DNA of 64,000 nucleotides from Mycobacteriales bacterium (GCA_038253135.1 JBBSHJ010000004.1:801-64800); one strand, 5' to 3'. Counted from the first letter of the stretch, positions 1 to 9,593 are shown. The notes: generated by a model from the letters alone, not told the origin. Numbers and translations are program-made.

Positions 1-178
1 GCGCGCGGCCCGCGATCATCACGACCCCGACCGCGTCCTATCGTTGCTCGAGCGCCTGCGGGCGAGTGCGCAATGGCGCAATGTGGCCGTCACATGGGAC
101 GCAAGGCAGGGCAGCGACCGCGGCGCATCGCGGCCGGGCGTTCTGGACAGATGCGCGGCCAGCAGCGAAGGTAGCGAC

Positions 179-685
179 GTGAAGATCGGTGGTAGGTGGT
201 TGGCGGCGGCACGCGACGCTGTCGCGTCGGTGGTCTTGTTGGCCGGCGTCTACTTGCTGCTGATCGGCACGATCTCCCCGGCGGAGGGCGGCGTCGCGGT
301 CGGCAGCGCAGCGACGGGCCTGCTCGCCCTGCGGACTCGCCGCACCACCGTGCAGCGGCCGCGCGGCTCGCTCCGATGGCTGCGGCCGCTGGCCGTGGCC
401 GTCCTCGCCGACACCACGAATATCGTCATCAGGTTCGCACACCTCGTCGCGGATCGCCTTGCGGCCGGACGGGTTCCGGCCCCCGGCACCGGGCGCCTGC
501 GGCGTCTGAGCGCCGGGCCGGGATCGTCCGGAGCGGGCGGGGAGGCAAGACGTGCGCTCGCTGAGCTAGCTCTCTCAATGACGCCGGGCACCTACATCGT
601 TGACGCCGATGCCGACCGGGGCGTCCTGTTGGTGCACGCACTCGGCGCCGAGCCCAGCCGGCTGGAGCGGTCGGTGGAATCGTGA
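179..685 (+). CDS. mnhE: Mrp/Mnh cation:proton antiporter subunit E
   Basis: Within ORF 44..685. TM stretch VVLLAGVYLLLIG and MnhE-like C-terminus (LSMTPGTYIVDAD..LLVHAL). GTG 179 with GAAGG ~9 nt upstream preferred as start (44 also possible). Stop overlaps next start (GTGA). Confidence 0.7.
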   Translation: MKIGGRWLAAARDAVASVVLLAGVYLLLIGTISPAEGGVAVGSAATGLLALRTRRTTVQRPRGSLRWLRPLAVAVLADTTNIVIRFAHLVADRLAAGRVPAPGTGRLRRLSAGPGSSGAGGEARRALAELALSMTPGTYIVDADADRGVLLVHALGAEPSRLERSVES

Positions 686-936
686 ACGCGTGGTTGATCG
701 GCGCTCTCGTGCTGCTGGTCACGGGCCTCGGCCCCTGCCTGGTTGTCAGCACCCGAGGCAGTGCATTGGATCGCCTGGTCGGGCTTGATCTCGCCGGAGT
801 CGTGTCGTGCCTCGTTTTCCTGCTCCTCGCTCAGGGTCTGCAGCGGTCGTCCTACGTTGATCTCGCGCTGGTGCTGGCCCCACTGTCGTTGGCCGGCTGT
901 CTCGTCTTCACTCGTCTGCTCAGGCGGCCGACATGA
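682..936 (+). CDS. mnhF: Mrp/Mnh antiporter subunit F
   Basis: 84-aa three-helix membrane protein. GTGA and ATGA overlaps with both neighbours. Sits between E and G. Confidence 0.75.
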   Translation: MNAWLIGALVLLVTGLGPCLVVSTRGSALDRLVGLDLAGVVSCLVFLLLAQGLQRSSYVDLALVLAPLSLAGCLVFTRLLRRPT

Positions 937-1235
937 CCGTCGCCGCGCTGGTGTTGTTGGCCGTCGGTTTGGCGGCCGTGACGCTGTCGGCGCTGGGGAT
1001 TCTGCTGTGCCGCGATCCTTACCTGCAGCTGCATTTCCTGGCACCGGCTTCGGTGATCGGTGCGCCTGCCGTGATCGTTGCCCTGATGCTCGTCGGGGCG
1101 CATCCAGGCCGTTCGACCGCGAAGCTCGGGATCATCCTCGCGCTTCTGCTGCTGACGGCACCGGCGATCACGGCCGCCACCGCGCGGGCGCGGGCGCAGG
1201 CCGACGGGTTGGCCGACGAGGACAGTCCGCAGTGA
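933..1235 (+). CDS. mnhG: Mrp/Mnh antiporter subunit G
   Basis: 100-aa membrane protein (LHFLAPASVIGAPAVIVALML..LLLLTAPAITAAT). 4-nt overlaps on both sides. Confidence 0.75.
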   Translation: MTVAALVLLAVGLAAVTLSALGILLCRDPYLQLHFLAPASVIGAPAVIVALMLVGAHPGRSTAKLGIILALLLLTAPAITAATARARAQADGLADEDSPQ

Positions 1236-1474
1236 CGGCACTCTTGGTGGTGGCGCTGCTTCTTGTCGCGGTCGGGGGCGGCGCTGTCGTGCTCGCGCGG
1301 CGTCCGGACCGACAGGCGGTGACGCTCTCGGTCTACGGCCTGCTGCTATCCGTGCTCTTCCTGCTGCTCGGCGCGCCCGATGTCGCATTGTCCCAGCTCG
1401 CCGTCGGCGCGGTCGTCGTACCGCTCATGGTGCTCTTCGCCCACCGTAAGCTGTCGCGCCGGGGCGACGAGTGA
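1232..1474 (+). CDS. DUF4040 / MbhD-like small membrane subunit (MrpA C-terminal-like)
   Basis: Hidden inside track ORF 743..1474. In-frame GTG 1232 overlaps the mnhG stop (GTGA). 80 aa with GAPDVALSQLAVG motif typical of MbhD/MnhB-N domain proteins. Confidence 0.65.
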   Translation: MTALLVVALLLVAVGGGAVVLARRPDRQAVTLSVYGLLLSVLFLLLGAPDVALSQLAVGAVVVPLMVLFAHRKLSRRGDE

Positions 1475-2214
1475 TTCGGCGGGCCCGGCTGCTGCTTTTC
1501 GCCGCCTCCGGCGCGGGGCTCGTCACGCTGATCGTCACCGCCTATCTGGGGCTGCCGGCTTTCGGTCGGATCAGCCACCCGTACGGCGCCCGCGCGATCA
1601 GCGCCGCCGTCGTCGACAAAGGTACGGCGAACGTGGTCGCGTCGGTCACCTTCGACCAGCGTGGTTTCGACACCCTGGGCGAGGAATTCATCCTCTTCAC
1701 CTCCGTCCTGGGGGCGCTCCTCTTACTCCGCCCGAGCGCAGAGGAGACGAAGCGGGCGCGCAATGCCCCGCAGGGACGGGTGCTCGACTCGACCCGCCTG
1801 GTCGCGCATCTCCTGCTACCGCTGACCCTATTGATTGGCGTCTACGTCGTGGCGCACGGCAATGTCACTCCTGGGGGAGGTTTCCAGGGCGGCGTGATCC
1901 TCGCGACCGCGCTACACCTGCTTTACCTCGGCGGCGACTACGCCACCCTCCGTCGCTTTACGCCACGCGCGGTCTTCGACGTCGTCGAATCGGTCGGTGC
2001 GGCCGGCTACCTCGTGCTCGGACTCGCCGGGCTCATCGCCGGAGGCGCCTTCCTCGACAACGTGCTGCCCCGCGGGACGTTCGGCCAGCTCACATCCGCC
2101 GGGACCGTGCCCTTGCTGAATGTCGCGGTGGGCATGGAGGTCTTTGCTGGGATCGTGCTGCTGCTCGCGCGGTTCTTCGAGCAGGATCTTGAGCTACGAG
2201 GCGGCGATCGATGA
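1471..2214 (+). CDS. mnhB: Mrp/Mnh antiporter subunit B
   Basis: 247 aa. NVVASVTFDQRGFDTLGEEFILF matches the MnhB signature (xxDxRGxDTxGE). GTGA overlap upstream, ATGA downstream. Confidence 0.8.
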   Translation: MIRRARLLLFAASGAGLVTLIVTAYLGLPAFGRISHPYGARAISAAVVDKGTANVVASVTFDQRGFDTLGEEFILFTSVLGALLLLRPSAEETKRARNAPQGRVLDSTRLVAHLLLPLTLLIGVYVVAHGNVTPGGGFQGGVILATALHLLYLGGDYATLRRFTPRAVFDVVESVGAAGYLVLGLAGLIAGGAFLDNVLPRGTFGQLTSAGTVPLLNVAVGMEVFAGIVLLLARFFEQDLELRGGDR

Positions 2215-2555
2215 GCAGCTTCGCCTACCTGGTGGCTGGATGGCTGTTTGTGATCGGCCTCTACGGCCTCGTGACCAGTCGCAACCTGGTGCATGCCGTG
2301 ACGTCCCTGGCCGTGACGCAGTCGTCGACCTACGTCCTGCTGCTGACGATCGGCTTTCAGTGGGGCGGCACCGCGCCGGTCTTCGGCGATACGCCGATCA
2401 CGACGACGGTGGTCGATCCGGTGGTGCAGGCATTGGTGCTCACCGATGTCGTGGTCGGCGCCACCGTCACCGCATTGCTGCTCGCGCTCGCCATCCAGGT
2501 CGACAAACGACACGGCACCGTCGACCCCGACGAGCTGCGCTCGCTGGAGAGCTGA
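2211..2555 (+). CDS. mnhC: Mrp/Mnh antiporter subunit C (NuoK-like)
   Basis: 114 aa, three TM helices. N-terminus YLVAGWLFVIGLYGLVTSRNLVH is typical of NuoK/MnhC. Confidence 0.8.
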   Translation: MSSFAYLVAGWLFVIGLYGLVTSRNLVHAVTSLAVTQSSTYVLLLTIGFQWGGTAPVFGDTPITTTVVDPVVQALVLTDVVVGATVTALLLALAIQVDKRHGTVDPDELRSLES

Positions 2556-2556
2556 C

Positions 2557-4374
2557 GTGCCGGCGCAAGTGCTGGTGCCGCTCGTGATCGTCATTCCCTT
2601 GACGGTCAGCGCGCTCCTCGCCGCCATCGGACGATGGCTCCCTCGCCGGGTCACCGATAGCATCGCGACCGCGACCGCCGTCGTTCTCGTCGGCTTGACC
2701 GTGAGCCTGTTGATCGGTGCTCGCGGTCGTCGGCTCGTCGTGTGGTTCGGCGGGTGGCGCCCGTCGGCGCGCACCCACGAGAGCGTCGGGATCGTGTTTG
2801 TGGTGGACCGAATCGGCGCTGGCATTGCGGTTCTCGTCGCCACCCTGGTGCTCGCCGGACTGGTCTATTCCTGGCACTATTTCGAGTCGGTCGAGGCGCT
2901 CTATCACACGCTCGTCCTGCTCTTCGGCGCGGGAATGTGCGGCTTCGTGCTCAGCGGTGACCTCTTCGATATGTTCGTCTTCTTCGAGCTCATGGGCGCA
3001 GCGGCGTACGCGTTGACGGGTCATCAGATCGAAGAACCGCAGACCGTGCAGGGGGCGCTCCATTTCGGAGTGGTGAATTCGCTCGGCGCCTATTTCTCTC
3101 TGACCGGGATCGCTCTGCTCTATGCGCGCACCGGCGAGCTCGGGCTGGCTCAGATCAGGCACCAGCTGACTCCAGGTCATGTCGACGCTCTCGTCGTCGT
3201 CGGCTTCGTGTTCGTCATCACCGGTCTGCTGGTCAAGGCTGCCGTCGTCCCCTTTCATTTCTGGACGGCCGACGCAGAAGCGGTGGCACCGTCGCCGATC
3301 TGCGTCCTCTTCTCCGGCGCGATGGTGGTGCTCGGCGTCTACGGCGTCGCCCGCGTCTACTGGGTCGCGTTCTCGGGCGTACTGCCGTCGAGCGGGGTAC
3401 GCCGGGCCTTGCTCGTGCTCGGTGCCCTCACCGCGGTGCTCGGCGCCGTGATGTGTTTCGCGCAGCATCATCTCAAGCGCATGTTGGCCTACTCCACGAT
3501 CAGCCACGTCGGCCTCTTCATCCTGGGGCTCGCCACGCTGTCGCCGGACGGGCTGGCCGGCACCGCGCTGTACGTGCTCGGGCACGCCGGCGCCAAGGGA
3601 GCGCTCTTCCTCGCCGCCGGCATCGTGCTCAACCATTTCGGCACGGTCGATGAGCGCGCGCTCCACGGCGTCGGTCGGGCGCTGCCCGTCACCGGCTGCC
3701 TCTACGGGCTCGGCGGGCTCGCGCTGGCCGGGCTGCCACCCTTCGGCACCTTCGCCGGGAAGAGCGTCGCGGAGGACGCCCTCAGGACGGCCGGGCAGCC
3801 GTGGGCCATCGCGGTCTTCATGCTGAGCTCGGTGTTGACCGGAGGCGCCGTCCTGCGCGCCGCGCTACGCGTCTTCGCCGGACTCGGCGACCGGCCCGCA
3901 GAAGCCGACCGGTGGTCGGCCGAGCGCGCGGACAAGGAGGAGCCGGAAACCGGGCGGCGGTTGCTTCGCACCCCGCCGGCGATGCTCGTGCCCGCCGTCG
4001 TACTGCTGGCCGCCGCAGCCGCCATCGGGCTGGTGCCGGGTCTGGTCGGCGCGGTGGCCCGCTCGGCATCCGAGTTCGTCGACGGTCAAGGCTACGGCGC
4101 GGCCGCACTGCGGGGCGCGACCGGCGTGTCGATGGGCTCCGAGCACCTGACGGAATGGACGGCGAGCGGCCTCGCGCTGTCGCTGACGTCGGTGGCTCTG
4201 GCGACCGCATTGGCGGTGGTGGCGAGCTATCGCACGCGCGCGACCGTCCGTGCCGCCGCCATGCTGCGCGTCCCGATGCAGACGTTGCGCCGCATCCACG
4301 TCGGTCACATCGGGGACTCCGTCGCCTGGATGGTGGCCGGCGTCGTCGTGCTCGCCGCGCTCGTCGGGCTGTGA
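2557..4374 (+). CDS. mnhD: Mrp/Mnh antiporter subunit D (NuoL/M/N-like proton-conducting subunit)
   Basis: In-frame GTG 2557 one nt after the mnhC stop (track ORF starts 2446 inside mnhC). Motifs FFELMGAAAYAL, VVPFHFWTADA, MLAYSTISHVG. 605 aa polytopic. Confidence 0.8.
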   Translation: MPAQVLVPLVIVIPLTVSALLAAIGRWLPRRVTDSIATATAVVLVGLTVSLLIGARGRRLVVWFGGWRPSARTHESVGIVFVVDRIGAGIAVLVATLVLAGLVYSWHYFESVEALYHTLVLLFGAGMCGFVLSGDLFDMFVFFELMGAAAYALTGHQIEEPQTVQGALHFGVVNSLGAYFSLTGIALLYARTGELGLAQIRHQLTPGHVDALVVVGFVFVITGLLVKAAVVPFHFWTADAEAVAPSPICVLFSGAMVVLGVYGVARVYWVAFSGVLPSSGVRRALLVLGALTAVLGAVMCFAQHHLKRMLAYSTISHVGLFILGLATLSPDGLAGTALYVLGHAGAKGALFLAAGIVLNHFGTVDERALHGVGRALPVTGCLYGLGGLALAGLPPFGTFAGKSVAEDALRTAGQPWAIAVFMLSSVLTGGAVLRAALRVFAGLGDRPAEADRWSAERADKEEPETGRRLLRTPPAMLVPAVVLLAAAAAIGLVPGLVGAVARSASEFVDGQGYGAAALRGATGVSMGSEHLTEWTASGLALSLTSVALATALAVVASYRTRATVRAAAMLRVPMQTLRRIHVGHIGDSVAWMVAGVVVLAALVGL

Positions 4375-4555
4375 GCGCTCAGGCGACGCGCACGGGCTCG
4401 ACTCGGCCAACGTGGAGGCGGCCCCCGCATCGGGGCCGACCTGCACTCGCGCCATCCGAGCTCACCCACGGCTTCCTCGACGCCCGCACCGCCACGGGGG
4501 CCGAGCGCGCCCGAGCGCGAGCGCGACGGCGTACGCCACCCACCTGACACCGCGC

Positions 4556-5107
4556 TCAACCGGCCAGGCGACGACGGGCCAAGGCGGCCGTCTCGATCAT
4601 CGCGGCCGCCGCGTCGGCCCCGAACCGCGCGAGCGCGAACCGCAGGTAGCGGGTGTTCATGGCGACCACAACCAGCGTGTGCTCCCGGGCGAACCGGTCG
4701 TCGTCGGGAGGTCGACCGGCGACCTCCGCCCACGCCGCCGCGTAGCGGACGTACCGGGCGTCGGCGGGCTCGAGCGCGAAGGCGAGGTCGAAGGCCGGCG
4801 GCGCGGCCCACGCCGCGCCCCAGTCCACCAGCTTGGTGACCGGGCCGGCGCGGACGTTGTTGACGTGCACGTCGCCGTGATTCAAGGTGCGCTCCGTCCG
4901 GTCGAGGAGGTCCAGGACCACGGGATCGTCAGCGACACCCTGGAGGTAGGCAATAGTCTTCTCTGCAGAAGGATCGTCGGATTCCCTTAGCCGGCTCGCT
5001 GAATCGATGCATTTTGTCCGCCACCACGTGCCGTCGGCGGCCGGGAAGGAGTCGAGAATGGCATCGCCGCGGTAGCGCGCGTGTAGCCGGGCCAGTCCCT
5101 CGATCAC
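4556..5107 (-). CDS. APH/choline-kinase-fold phosphotransferase, catalytic C-lobe only
   Basis: HGDVHVNNV catalytic loop and LVDWG motif. No in-frame start exists upstream of 5107, so the ATP-binding N-lobe is absent from this frame. Confidence 0.6.
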   Translation of the reverse strand: MIEGLARLHARYRGDAILDSFPAADGTWWRTKCIDSASRLRESDDPSAEKTIAYLQGVADDPVVLDLLDRTERTLNHGDVHVNNVRAGPVTKLVDWGAAWAAPPAFDLAFALEPADARYVRYAAAWAEVAGRPPDDDRFAREHTLVVVAMNTRYLRFALARFGADAAAAMIETAALARRRLAG

Positions 5108-5253
5108 CGCGGGGTGATCGTCCCGTCGGGACCGGCGATGGCGCCGTCGATCCGCTCGACCCGCGCGGTGGAGAATCCGGTGCGGATCGGCCGCCGCCCG
5201 GTCGGCGCGAAACGCGCGCCGGCGCCGTATCGCCGCTCAACCCAACTCGGCAC
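5104..5253 (-). CDS. 49-codon ORF, probable N-terminal piece of the same phosphotransferase
   Basis: My own translation: VPSWVERRYGAGARFAPTGRRPIRTGFSTARVERIDGAIAGPDGTITPR. Its TGA overlaps the GTG of 4556..5107 (GTGA). Too short for the ORF track. Confidence 0.3.
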   Translation of the reverse strand: MPSWVERRYGAGARFAPTGRRPIRTGFSTARVERIDGAIAGPDGTITPR

Positions 5254-5343
5254 ACCGTCACGCTACCGGCCCCGGGTGGCGTGCCTACGATCGAGCACGG
5301 GCCGCCGCAACGTGGCTGCCGCGGAGACGATGAGGAGGTGGCC

Positions 5344-5859
5344 ATGGAGATCCCCCGCCTTTACCTCGACGTGGACGGCGTACTGAACCTCATCACGGAC
5401 CGGATACCGAGCCTTCGCCACCGCTCCTTTCGCACCGGAGCCTTCCGGATCACGTGGTACCCGCCGGCGATCGGCGCCCTCAAGTCCTGGCTGTCGGAGG
5501 ATCGTGTGAGCATCACCTGGCTCACGACCTGGGAGACGATGGCCAACGAGCGGATCGGCGCGCCGATGGGGCTGCCCGAGCTGCCAGTCGCGACCCGCGA
5601 CGACGCCCCGGCCGGGGACGGATACGGCCCGTGGTGGAAGCTGGCCACCGTGCAGCAGGCCTACGACGCGGGCGGGCCGGTGATCTGGGTGGATGACGAC
5701 ATCGCCGACACGCCGTCGGCGGCCCGCTGGATCGGGCGGACTGACCCCGGCCGGTTGCTCGCGATCTCCCCCGCCCCCGACGCGGGGCTGACGAAGAGCG
5801 AGCTCAAGACGATCGAGCGGTGGCTGGCCGAGCGCGAGGGGAGCGATGGGTCCGGCTGA
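5344..5859 (+). CDS. HAD-like domain protein
   Basis: In-frame ATG 5344 with GAGGAGG 5 nt upstream. LYLDVDGVLN (HAD motif I-like) and IWVDDD near the C-terminus. Confidence 0.65.
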   Translation: MEIPRLYLDVDGVLNLITDRIPSLRHRSFRTGAFRITWYPPAIGALKSWLSEDRVSITWLTTWETMANERIGAPMGLPELPVATRDDAPAGDGYGPWWKLATVQQAYDAGGPVIWVDDDIADTPSAARWIGRTDPGRLLAISPAPDAGLTKSELKTIERWLAEREGSDGSG

Positions 5860-6766
5860 GCAGTCCGGCCTCGTTAGCGCCCGGGTCGAGGCTCTGCTCG
5901 GCGCGCGGGTGGCCGCGGTCGGGCGCGTCCCTGGCAGCGTCGAGAACCGCAACTACCGCGCGCGCACGGACATCGGCGACGTGATCGTCAAGACCGGGCC
6001 TGGTGCGGCGATGCGGCTGGAGGATCACGTGTGCGCGCTCCTGCCCGGCCTGCACATTAACGGCCCGCGAGTCCTGGCCCGGGAGTACGACGGCCCGCTC
6101 GGTACGGGCGTGCTGGTTATCGGGTGCCTGCCCGGCGCCGACGCCGGGTCGGAGCCGGCCACGCCGACGGCATTGCGCGACGCGGGACGGCAGGTCCGGC
6201 GGCTGCACGAGGTGACGGCCCCCGGCTTCGGCCAGGCGCGGCTGAGCGCCGCCGGCCACCTCGAGGGCGAGCTCCCCGATTGGTCCGGGGTGATCGAGAC
6301 CGCGATCGCCGACCTGCCTCCCCTCGTCGAGCATGACGTCATCGCGGCGACATTCGCGGCCGAGATCCGGGGCGCCATCGAGGCCAACCGCGCGCTCACG
6401 GTGTACGACGGCCGCGGCCGCCTGCTGCACGATGATCTCAAGGCCGGCCATGTCTTCACGCACAACGGTGAGCTGTCCGGGATAATCGACTGGGGCGATC
6501 CCTTCATCGGGGATCCTCTCTTTGATCTCGCCCCGCTCACCCGCACCGCGGGCGAATTCGACGACTTCTTCGCCGGCTATGGAATGACGCTCGACGATTC
6601 GGTGCGCCGGCGGCTCACGGCGTACCGCGTGATCCGCGACGTCCTGACGCTGCATTTCGAATGGGCGGCCGGCGGCGACTGGTTCGCCGTCTATCGGGAC
6701 CGCATCGGCGTCGATCTCGAGCGACTCGGAGCATCGCCCGGGCCGTCCCGCTTGTCGCGGACTTGA
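5846..6766 (+). CDS. Aminoglycoside-phosphotransferase-family kinase
   Basis: LLHDDLKAGHVF catalytic loop, IIDWGDPFIGDPLFD. 306 aa. 14-nt overlap with the upstream HAD-like gene. Confidence 0.8.
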   Translation: MGPAEQSGLVSARVEALLGARVAAVGRVPGSVENRNYRARTDIGDVIVKTGPGAAMRLEDHVCALLPGLHINGPRVLAREYDGPLGTGVLVIGCLPGADAGSEPATPTALRDAGRQVRRLHEVTAPGFGQARLSAAGHLEGELPDWSGVIETAIADLPPLVEHDVIAATFAAEIRGAIEANRALTVYDGRGRLLHDDLKAGHVFTHNGELSGIIDWGDPFIGDPLFDLAPLTRTAGEFDDFFAGYGMTLDDSVRRRLTAYRVIRDVLTLHFEWAAGGDWFAVYRDRIGVDLERLGASPGPSRLSRT

Positions 6767-6898
6767 GAGCGCGTGGCGGTCCTGGAGCATGTCGAGGTAC
6801 GGCCGCCGCCTATGACGAGCTGCCCCTCATCCGTGACTGGCGGGAGTTCCTCGAGGCGCCGGCCCGATGGACCCGTCATCTCATCGACTGACCGGCCC

Positions 6899-7714
6899 TC
6901 AGGTGGCGAAGGACCGGCGGGGTTTCGGTGGATGACCGAAGCGCCGCACCGACCAGCCGATGGCCAGGCCGAGCACGAAGCCGACGACGTGGACGAGGTA
7001 CGCGACGCCGCCGGATCCGGTGCCCGCGCCCTCGGCATAGACGGCCTGCAACCCGAACCAGACCAGCAGCACCAGCCAGGCCGGCAGCCGGAGCGGCAGG
7101 AAGAGCAGGAACGGCACCAGGCTGGTGATCCGGGCCTTGGGATAGAGCACCAGGTAGGCCCCGAGGACGCCGGCGATCGCGCCGGACGCGCCGATAAGGG
7201 TGGTCGCCGAGTCGGGCCGGGTCAGCGCGAACCCGTACGCCGCCGCCATGCCGGCCGCGAGGTAGAAGATCAGATACCGGATGTGACCGAAGCGATCCTC
7301 CACGTTGTTGCCGAAGACCCACAGGAACAGCATGTTGCCGAGGATGTGCAGCCAACCGCCGTGCACGAACATCGAGGTCAGCGCGGACAGCGCCGGCACC
7401 TTGTCGTAGCTGACGGGGACGCGGACGCACAGCCCCGGGCCGGCCGCCTTGCCAACGGTGTAGGCGATCGTGTCGTTGTGCGTGAGCTCGGTCGGAATCG
7501 CCCCCCAGTGCTGGAAGAAGCGCTGCTCGCGGCACCGCGCAGAGGTGGAGTTGCCCCGGAAGATCCCCCTGGCCGCCGGCGAAAGCAGGAAGACCACCGC
7601 GTTGGCGGCGATCAGCCCGAGCGTGACGTAGGGCGTCGTCCGGGTCGGGTTCCGATCGTGGATGGGGATGACCACGCTGCCACTGTGCCCTATCGACCTG
7701 GCAATATCGGCCAT
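6899..7714 (-). CDS. Rhomboid-family intramembrane serine protease
   Basis: HGGWLHILGNMLFLWVFG and GASGAIAGVLGAY (catalytic Ser). Multi-TM. Confidence 0.85.
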   Translation of the reverse strand: MADIARSIGHSGSVVIPIHDRNPTRTTPYVTLGLIAANAVVFLLSPAARGIFRGNSTSARCREQRFFQHWGAIPTELTHNDTIAYTVGKAAGPGLCVRVPVSYDKVPALSALTSMFVHGGWLHILGNMLFLWVFGNNVEDRFGHIRYLIFYLAAGMAAAYGFALTRPDSATTLIGASGAIAGVLGAYLVLYPKARITSLVPFLLFLPLRLPAWLVLLVWFGLQAVYAEGAGTGSGGVAYLVHVVGFVLGLAIGWSVRRFGHPPKPRRSFAT

Positions 7715-7739
7715 CGGCCGCCGTCGGCGGCGGCCGGTC

Positions 7740-8282
7740 TCACGCCACGACGACCGTGAGGCTCGGGCTGGTGACCCATTTCGGGCACACCGCGCCGGCC
7801 GCGCACTTGGGGCGCACCAACGCGTCGATCGTCGTCGTACCGGCGGACTGCGCGACGTACCGCACCGTCGGCGGGGTGCCGCACACGACCTTGAGCACGG
7901 CGGAACCGCTTCCCGGACGGCAGGTGCGCCCCGATCCCGTACCCAGATCGGCCGTGACCGATTTCGCCACCTCGATCGTCAAGCGCTGACCGACCCGCAA
8001 CCGCACCGACCGCGGCCGAAATGTCGTCGCCAGCTTGACGGTGACCGCGGCGGGACTCGGCGAGCTGCCCGTTCCCGTCGACCCCGTTCCCGTCGACCCG
8101 CTGACCGTCGGTGCGGTGCGGTGCGGGCTGGTGGGTGCCGGTGCGGAGGGGACCCCCGACGCACTCGCGCCGCTCGTCGTACCAGCCGCGTTGCTATCTG
8201 AGTTGCGGCGTGCGCACGCGCTGGCACCGATCAGGACGCCAACCGCGAGCAGCCCTGCCAGCGTGGCGCGCCGCACGCTCAT
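7740..8282 (-). CDS. Secreted lipoprotein, unknown function
   Basis: Signal peptide plus lipobox (LIGASAC). Ser/Thr/Gly/Pro-rich linker. Confidence 0.6.
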   Translation of the reverse strand: MSVRRATLAGLLAVGVLIGASACARRNSDSNAAGTTSGASASGVPSAPAPTSPHRTAPTVSGSTGTGSTGTGSSPSPAAVTVKLATTFRPRSVRLRVGQRLTIEVAKSVTADLGTGSGRTCRPGSGSAVLKVVCGTPPTVRYVAQSAGTTTIDALVRPKCAAGAVCPKWVTSPSLTVVVA

Positions 8283-8389
8283 CGTCCCAGGTCCTCCCGC
8301 TCTCGCCCGACTCGTGGCAAATTAGACGCGCGAGTCGGACGCGTGGATGACGAAACCAGCCGGCAATCAGCATCCGGTAACGTCGGCGC

Positions 8390-9016
8390 GTGCGATCGCG
8401 TGCCCTCACCGTGTCCGGAGCGTGGCACTTCGCGCCTGACGTGCACTCGGACAGCCGAGGATTCTTCACCAATTGGTACGTCGCCGCGCAGGTCGCCGCC
8501 GCCGTCGGCCATCCGCTGTCGCTGGCGCAGACCAATCACAGCGTCTCCCGCCGGGGCGTCGTCCGGGGCGTGCATTTCGCCGCGGTACCACCCGGGCAGG
8601 CGAAATACGTCTACTGCCCGCGGGGTGCGATGCTCGATTTCGTCGTCGACATCCGGGTCGGCTCACCGACCTTCGGGGAGTACGACGTCGTGCGTCTCGA
8701 CGAGCGCGAGTGCCAGAGCGTCTACCTCGCCGAGGGACTCGGGCACGTCGTCTTCGCGCTCGAGGACGACACCGTCGCCTGCTACCTGTGCTCGACGGGA
8801 TACGTCCCGGCCCGCGAGCATGGACTCAACCCGCTCGACCCGGCGCTGCGGCTGCCGTTTCCGAGGGAGATCGAGCCGATCCTGTCCAAACGGGACACGC
8901 GGGCACCGTCGCTGCACGACGCCGCGGCGCAGGGTCTGCTTCCCGACTACTCCGCCTGCCGGCAGCGGTACGCCGAGCTGCGGGCACCGGACCCCGGCGA
9001 GACCGCGCATGGGTGA
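8390..9016 (+). CDS. rmlC: dTDP-4-dehydrorhamnose 3,5-epimerase
   Basis: DSRGFFTNWY, RGVHF, KYVYCPRGAMLDFVVDIR, cupin fold blocks typical of RmlC. Confidence 0.88.
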   Translation: MRSRALTVSGAWHFAPDVHSDSRGFFTNWYVAAQVAAAVGHPLSLAQTNHSVSRRGVVRGVHFAAVPPGQAKYVYCPRGAMLDFVVDIRVGSPTFGEYDVVRLDERECQSVYLAEGLGHVVFALEDDTVACYLCSTGYVPAREHGLNPLDPALRLPFPREIEPILSKRDTRAPSLHDAAAQGLLPDYSACRQRYAELRAPDPGETAHG

Positions 9017-9578
9017 GCTGGTGCTGGTCCGCCACGGCGAGACGCAATGGAGTCGCGCGGGCAAGCACACCAGCTGGACCGACCTGCCGTTGACGGACGT
9101 CGGCCGCGACCGGGCGCCGCGGCTGCGCAAGGCCCTTTCGGCACGGGGTTACGCGCTGGTGCTCGCCAGCCCGCGCCGCCGGGCGCGGGAGACGGCCGAG
9201 CTGGCCGGATTCGCGGCGTACACCGTCGAGGATGACGTCGCGGAGTGGAACTACGGCGACTACGAGGGCCGGACCACGGCCGAGATCCGGGTCGACCATC
9301 CGGGCTGGACGATCTGGACCGGGGACCCGCCCGGCGGCGAGACGGCCGAGCAGGTCGGCGCGCGGGCCGACCGGCTGCTCGGGCGGATCTCTGCCGCGAT
9401 GGGGCGGGGCGACGTGCTCGTCTTCGGCCACGGGCATTTCAGCCGGGTCCTGACGGCGCGCTATCTGCGCCTGCCTCCGACCGACGGCCGATTGGTGGTG
9501 CTCGACCCGGCCACCTTGTGCGTGCTCGGATCCGAGCACGACTACCCCGCGATCCGCACCTGGAACGCATCCGTCTGA
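9009..9578 (+). CDS. Histidine phosphatase (phosphoglycerate-mutase-like) family protein
   Basis: ATG 9009 in frame inside track ORF 8343..9578. LVLVRHGETQWS (RHG motif), VFGHGH. Confidence 0.85.
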   Translation: MGELVLVRHGETQWSRAGKHTSWTDLPLTDVGRDRAPRLRKALSARGYALVLASPRRRARETAELAGFAAYTVEDDVAEWNYGDYEGRTTAEIRVDHPGWTIWTGDPPGGETAEQVGARADRLLGRISAAMGRGDVLVFGHGHFSRVLTARYLRLPPTDGRLVVLDPATLCVLGSEHDYPAIRTWNASV

Positions 9579-9593
9579 CCGGCTGGAGAGCCC

